From a virus (taxonomy: Duplodnaviria; Heunggongvirae; Uroviricota; Caudoviricetes), in IMG/VR virus record IMGVR_UViG_2909298281_000006, positions 1 to 37,935 of that record: a DNA stretch of 37,935 nucleotides. One strand, 5' to 3'. This document shows, piece by piece, positions 36,940 to 37,935 of this stretch. Made by a program: the position numbers and the translations under genes. Positions within the stretch are counted from its first letter, which is position 1. Every line of letters begins with the position of its first letter. The notes below the pieces were generated by a model. That model made no database searches. It saw nothing but the letters and a program-made list of their open reading frames with translations, and had not been told where the DNA came from.

Positions 36940-37935
36940 ATGATACAACCTATTTCCGGCCCTCCTCCTGGGCAACCACCAGGTCAGGGAGATAACCTGC
37001 CGTCTGGCGCGGGCAATCAGCCTTTATCCAGTCAGCAACGTACTTCGCTGGAAAGCTTAATGACGAAAGTGACCTCACTGACGCAACAGCAAAGAGCAGA
37101 ACTGTGGGCGGGTATCAGGCACGATATTGGTCTGTCGGGAGATTCACCGCTGCTTTCGCGTCACTTCCCTGCCGCTGAGCATAACCTGGCGCAACGTCTG
37201 CTGGCCGCGCAAAAAAGCCATTCTGCCCGCCAGCTTTTAGCGCAATTAGGGGAGTATTTACGTCTGGGGAATAATCGTCAGGCGGTCACGGATTATATCC
37301 GTCATAACTTTGGTCAGACGCCGCTGAATCAGCTCTCACCGGAGCAATTAAAAACCATTCTCACCCTGTTGCAGGAAGGGAAGATGGTTATTCCGCAACC
37401 ACAGCAGCGCGAGGCGACCGACCGTCCTTTATTACCGGCGGAGCACAATGCGCTAAAACAGCTGGTGACCAAACTTGCGGCGGCAACGGGGGAACCCAGC
37501 AAACAGATCTGGCAATCGATGCTGGAACTTTCCGGGGTGAAAGATGGCGAGTTAATTCCAGCGAAACTGTTTAACCATCTGGTGACCTGGCTACAGGCGC
37601 GTCAGACGCTAAGCCAGCAAAATACGCCGACGCTGGAATCACTACAGATGACGCTAAAACAACCTTTAGATGCCAGTGAACTGGCGGCGTTATCGGCATA
37701 TATCCAGCAAAAATATGGTCTTTCTGCGCAATCATCGCTTTCTTCTGCCCAGGCCGAGGATATTCTTAATCAGCTTTATCAACGGCGGGTTAAAGGGATT
37801 GATCCGCGTGTTATGCAACCGCTGCTTAATCCTTTTCCACCGATGATGGACACGTTGCAAAATATGGCAACGCGTCCCGCGCTGTGGATACTGTTAGTCG
37901 CGATTATCCTGATGCTGGTCTGGCTGGTTCGTTAA
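36940..37935 (+). CDS. Hypothetical tail-anchored membrane protein (Pro/Gln-rich N-terminus, C-terminal TM), probably host flank
   Basis: 331 aa; MIQPISGPPPGQPPGQ...; C-terminal TM ALWILLVAIILMLVWLV; AAGGA SD; window ends exactly at its stop. Confidence 0.6.
   Translation: MIQPISGPPPGQPPGQGDNLPSGAGNQPLSSQQRTSLESLMTKVTSLTQQQRAELWAGIRHDIGLSGDSPLLSRHFPAAEHNLAQRLLAAQKSHSARQLLAQLGEYLRLGNNRQAVTDYIRHNFGQTPLNQLSPEQLKTILTLLQEGKMVIPQPQQREATDRPLLPAEHNALKQLVTKLAAATGEPSKQIWQSMLELSGVKDGELIPAKLFNHLVTWLQARQTLSQQNTPTLESLQMTLKQPLDASELAALSAYIQQKYGLSAQSSLSSAQAEDILNQLYQRRVKGIDPRVMQPLLNPFPPMMDTLQNMATRPALWILLVAIILMLVWLVR

Noticed and set aside
1-37935. CRISPR arrays, retron reverse transcriptase/msr-msd, restriction-modification genes
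   Set aside because: No regularly spaced short repeats with unique spacers, no RT-like ORF, and no methyltransferase or endonuclease motifs were seen in any cargo ORF.

Overview
This 37.9-kb window is an almost complete P2-like temperate prophage, readable gene by gene from the integrase at the left edge to the late activator ogr at about 34.9 kb, followed by about 3 kb of AT-rich accessory or flank DNA. Nothing was searched or computed; all calls rest on reading the ORF translations against remembered P2 proteins and motifs. Core modules: int / C repressor / cox switch (1-1825), early small genes and replication initiator A (1837-8949), a cos-containing gap (11.6-12.05 kb), portal Q and terminase P, scaffold O, capsid N, small terminase M, L, X, a lysis cassette, R/S, baseplate V/W/J/I, tail fibre H and chaperone G, then sheath FI, tube FII, E/E', tape measure T and U on the minus strand, and D and ogr on the plus strand. 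The most interesting feature is a compact AT-rich three-gene operon (8995-11522, minus strand) sitting where P2 carries old/tin: a GHKL-type ATPase/kinase, a small STAS-like protein and a membrane protein, preceded by a 10-bp-phased TGCACAA repeat array. I propose it as a candidate uncharacterised anti-phage system. Other cargo: a GT9 glycosyltransferase between G and U, an SPFH lipoprotein in the early operon, and a hok/mok-like toxin locus plus two AT-rich membrane/secreted genes right of ogr. attL lies outside the window, and the prophage right boundary is unresolved.
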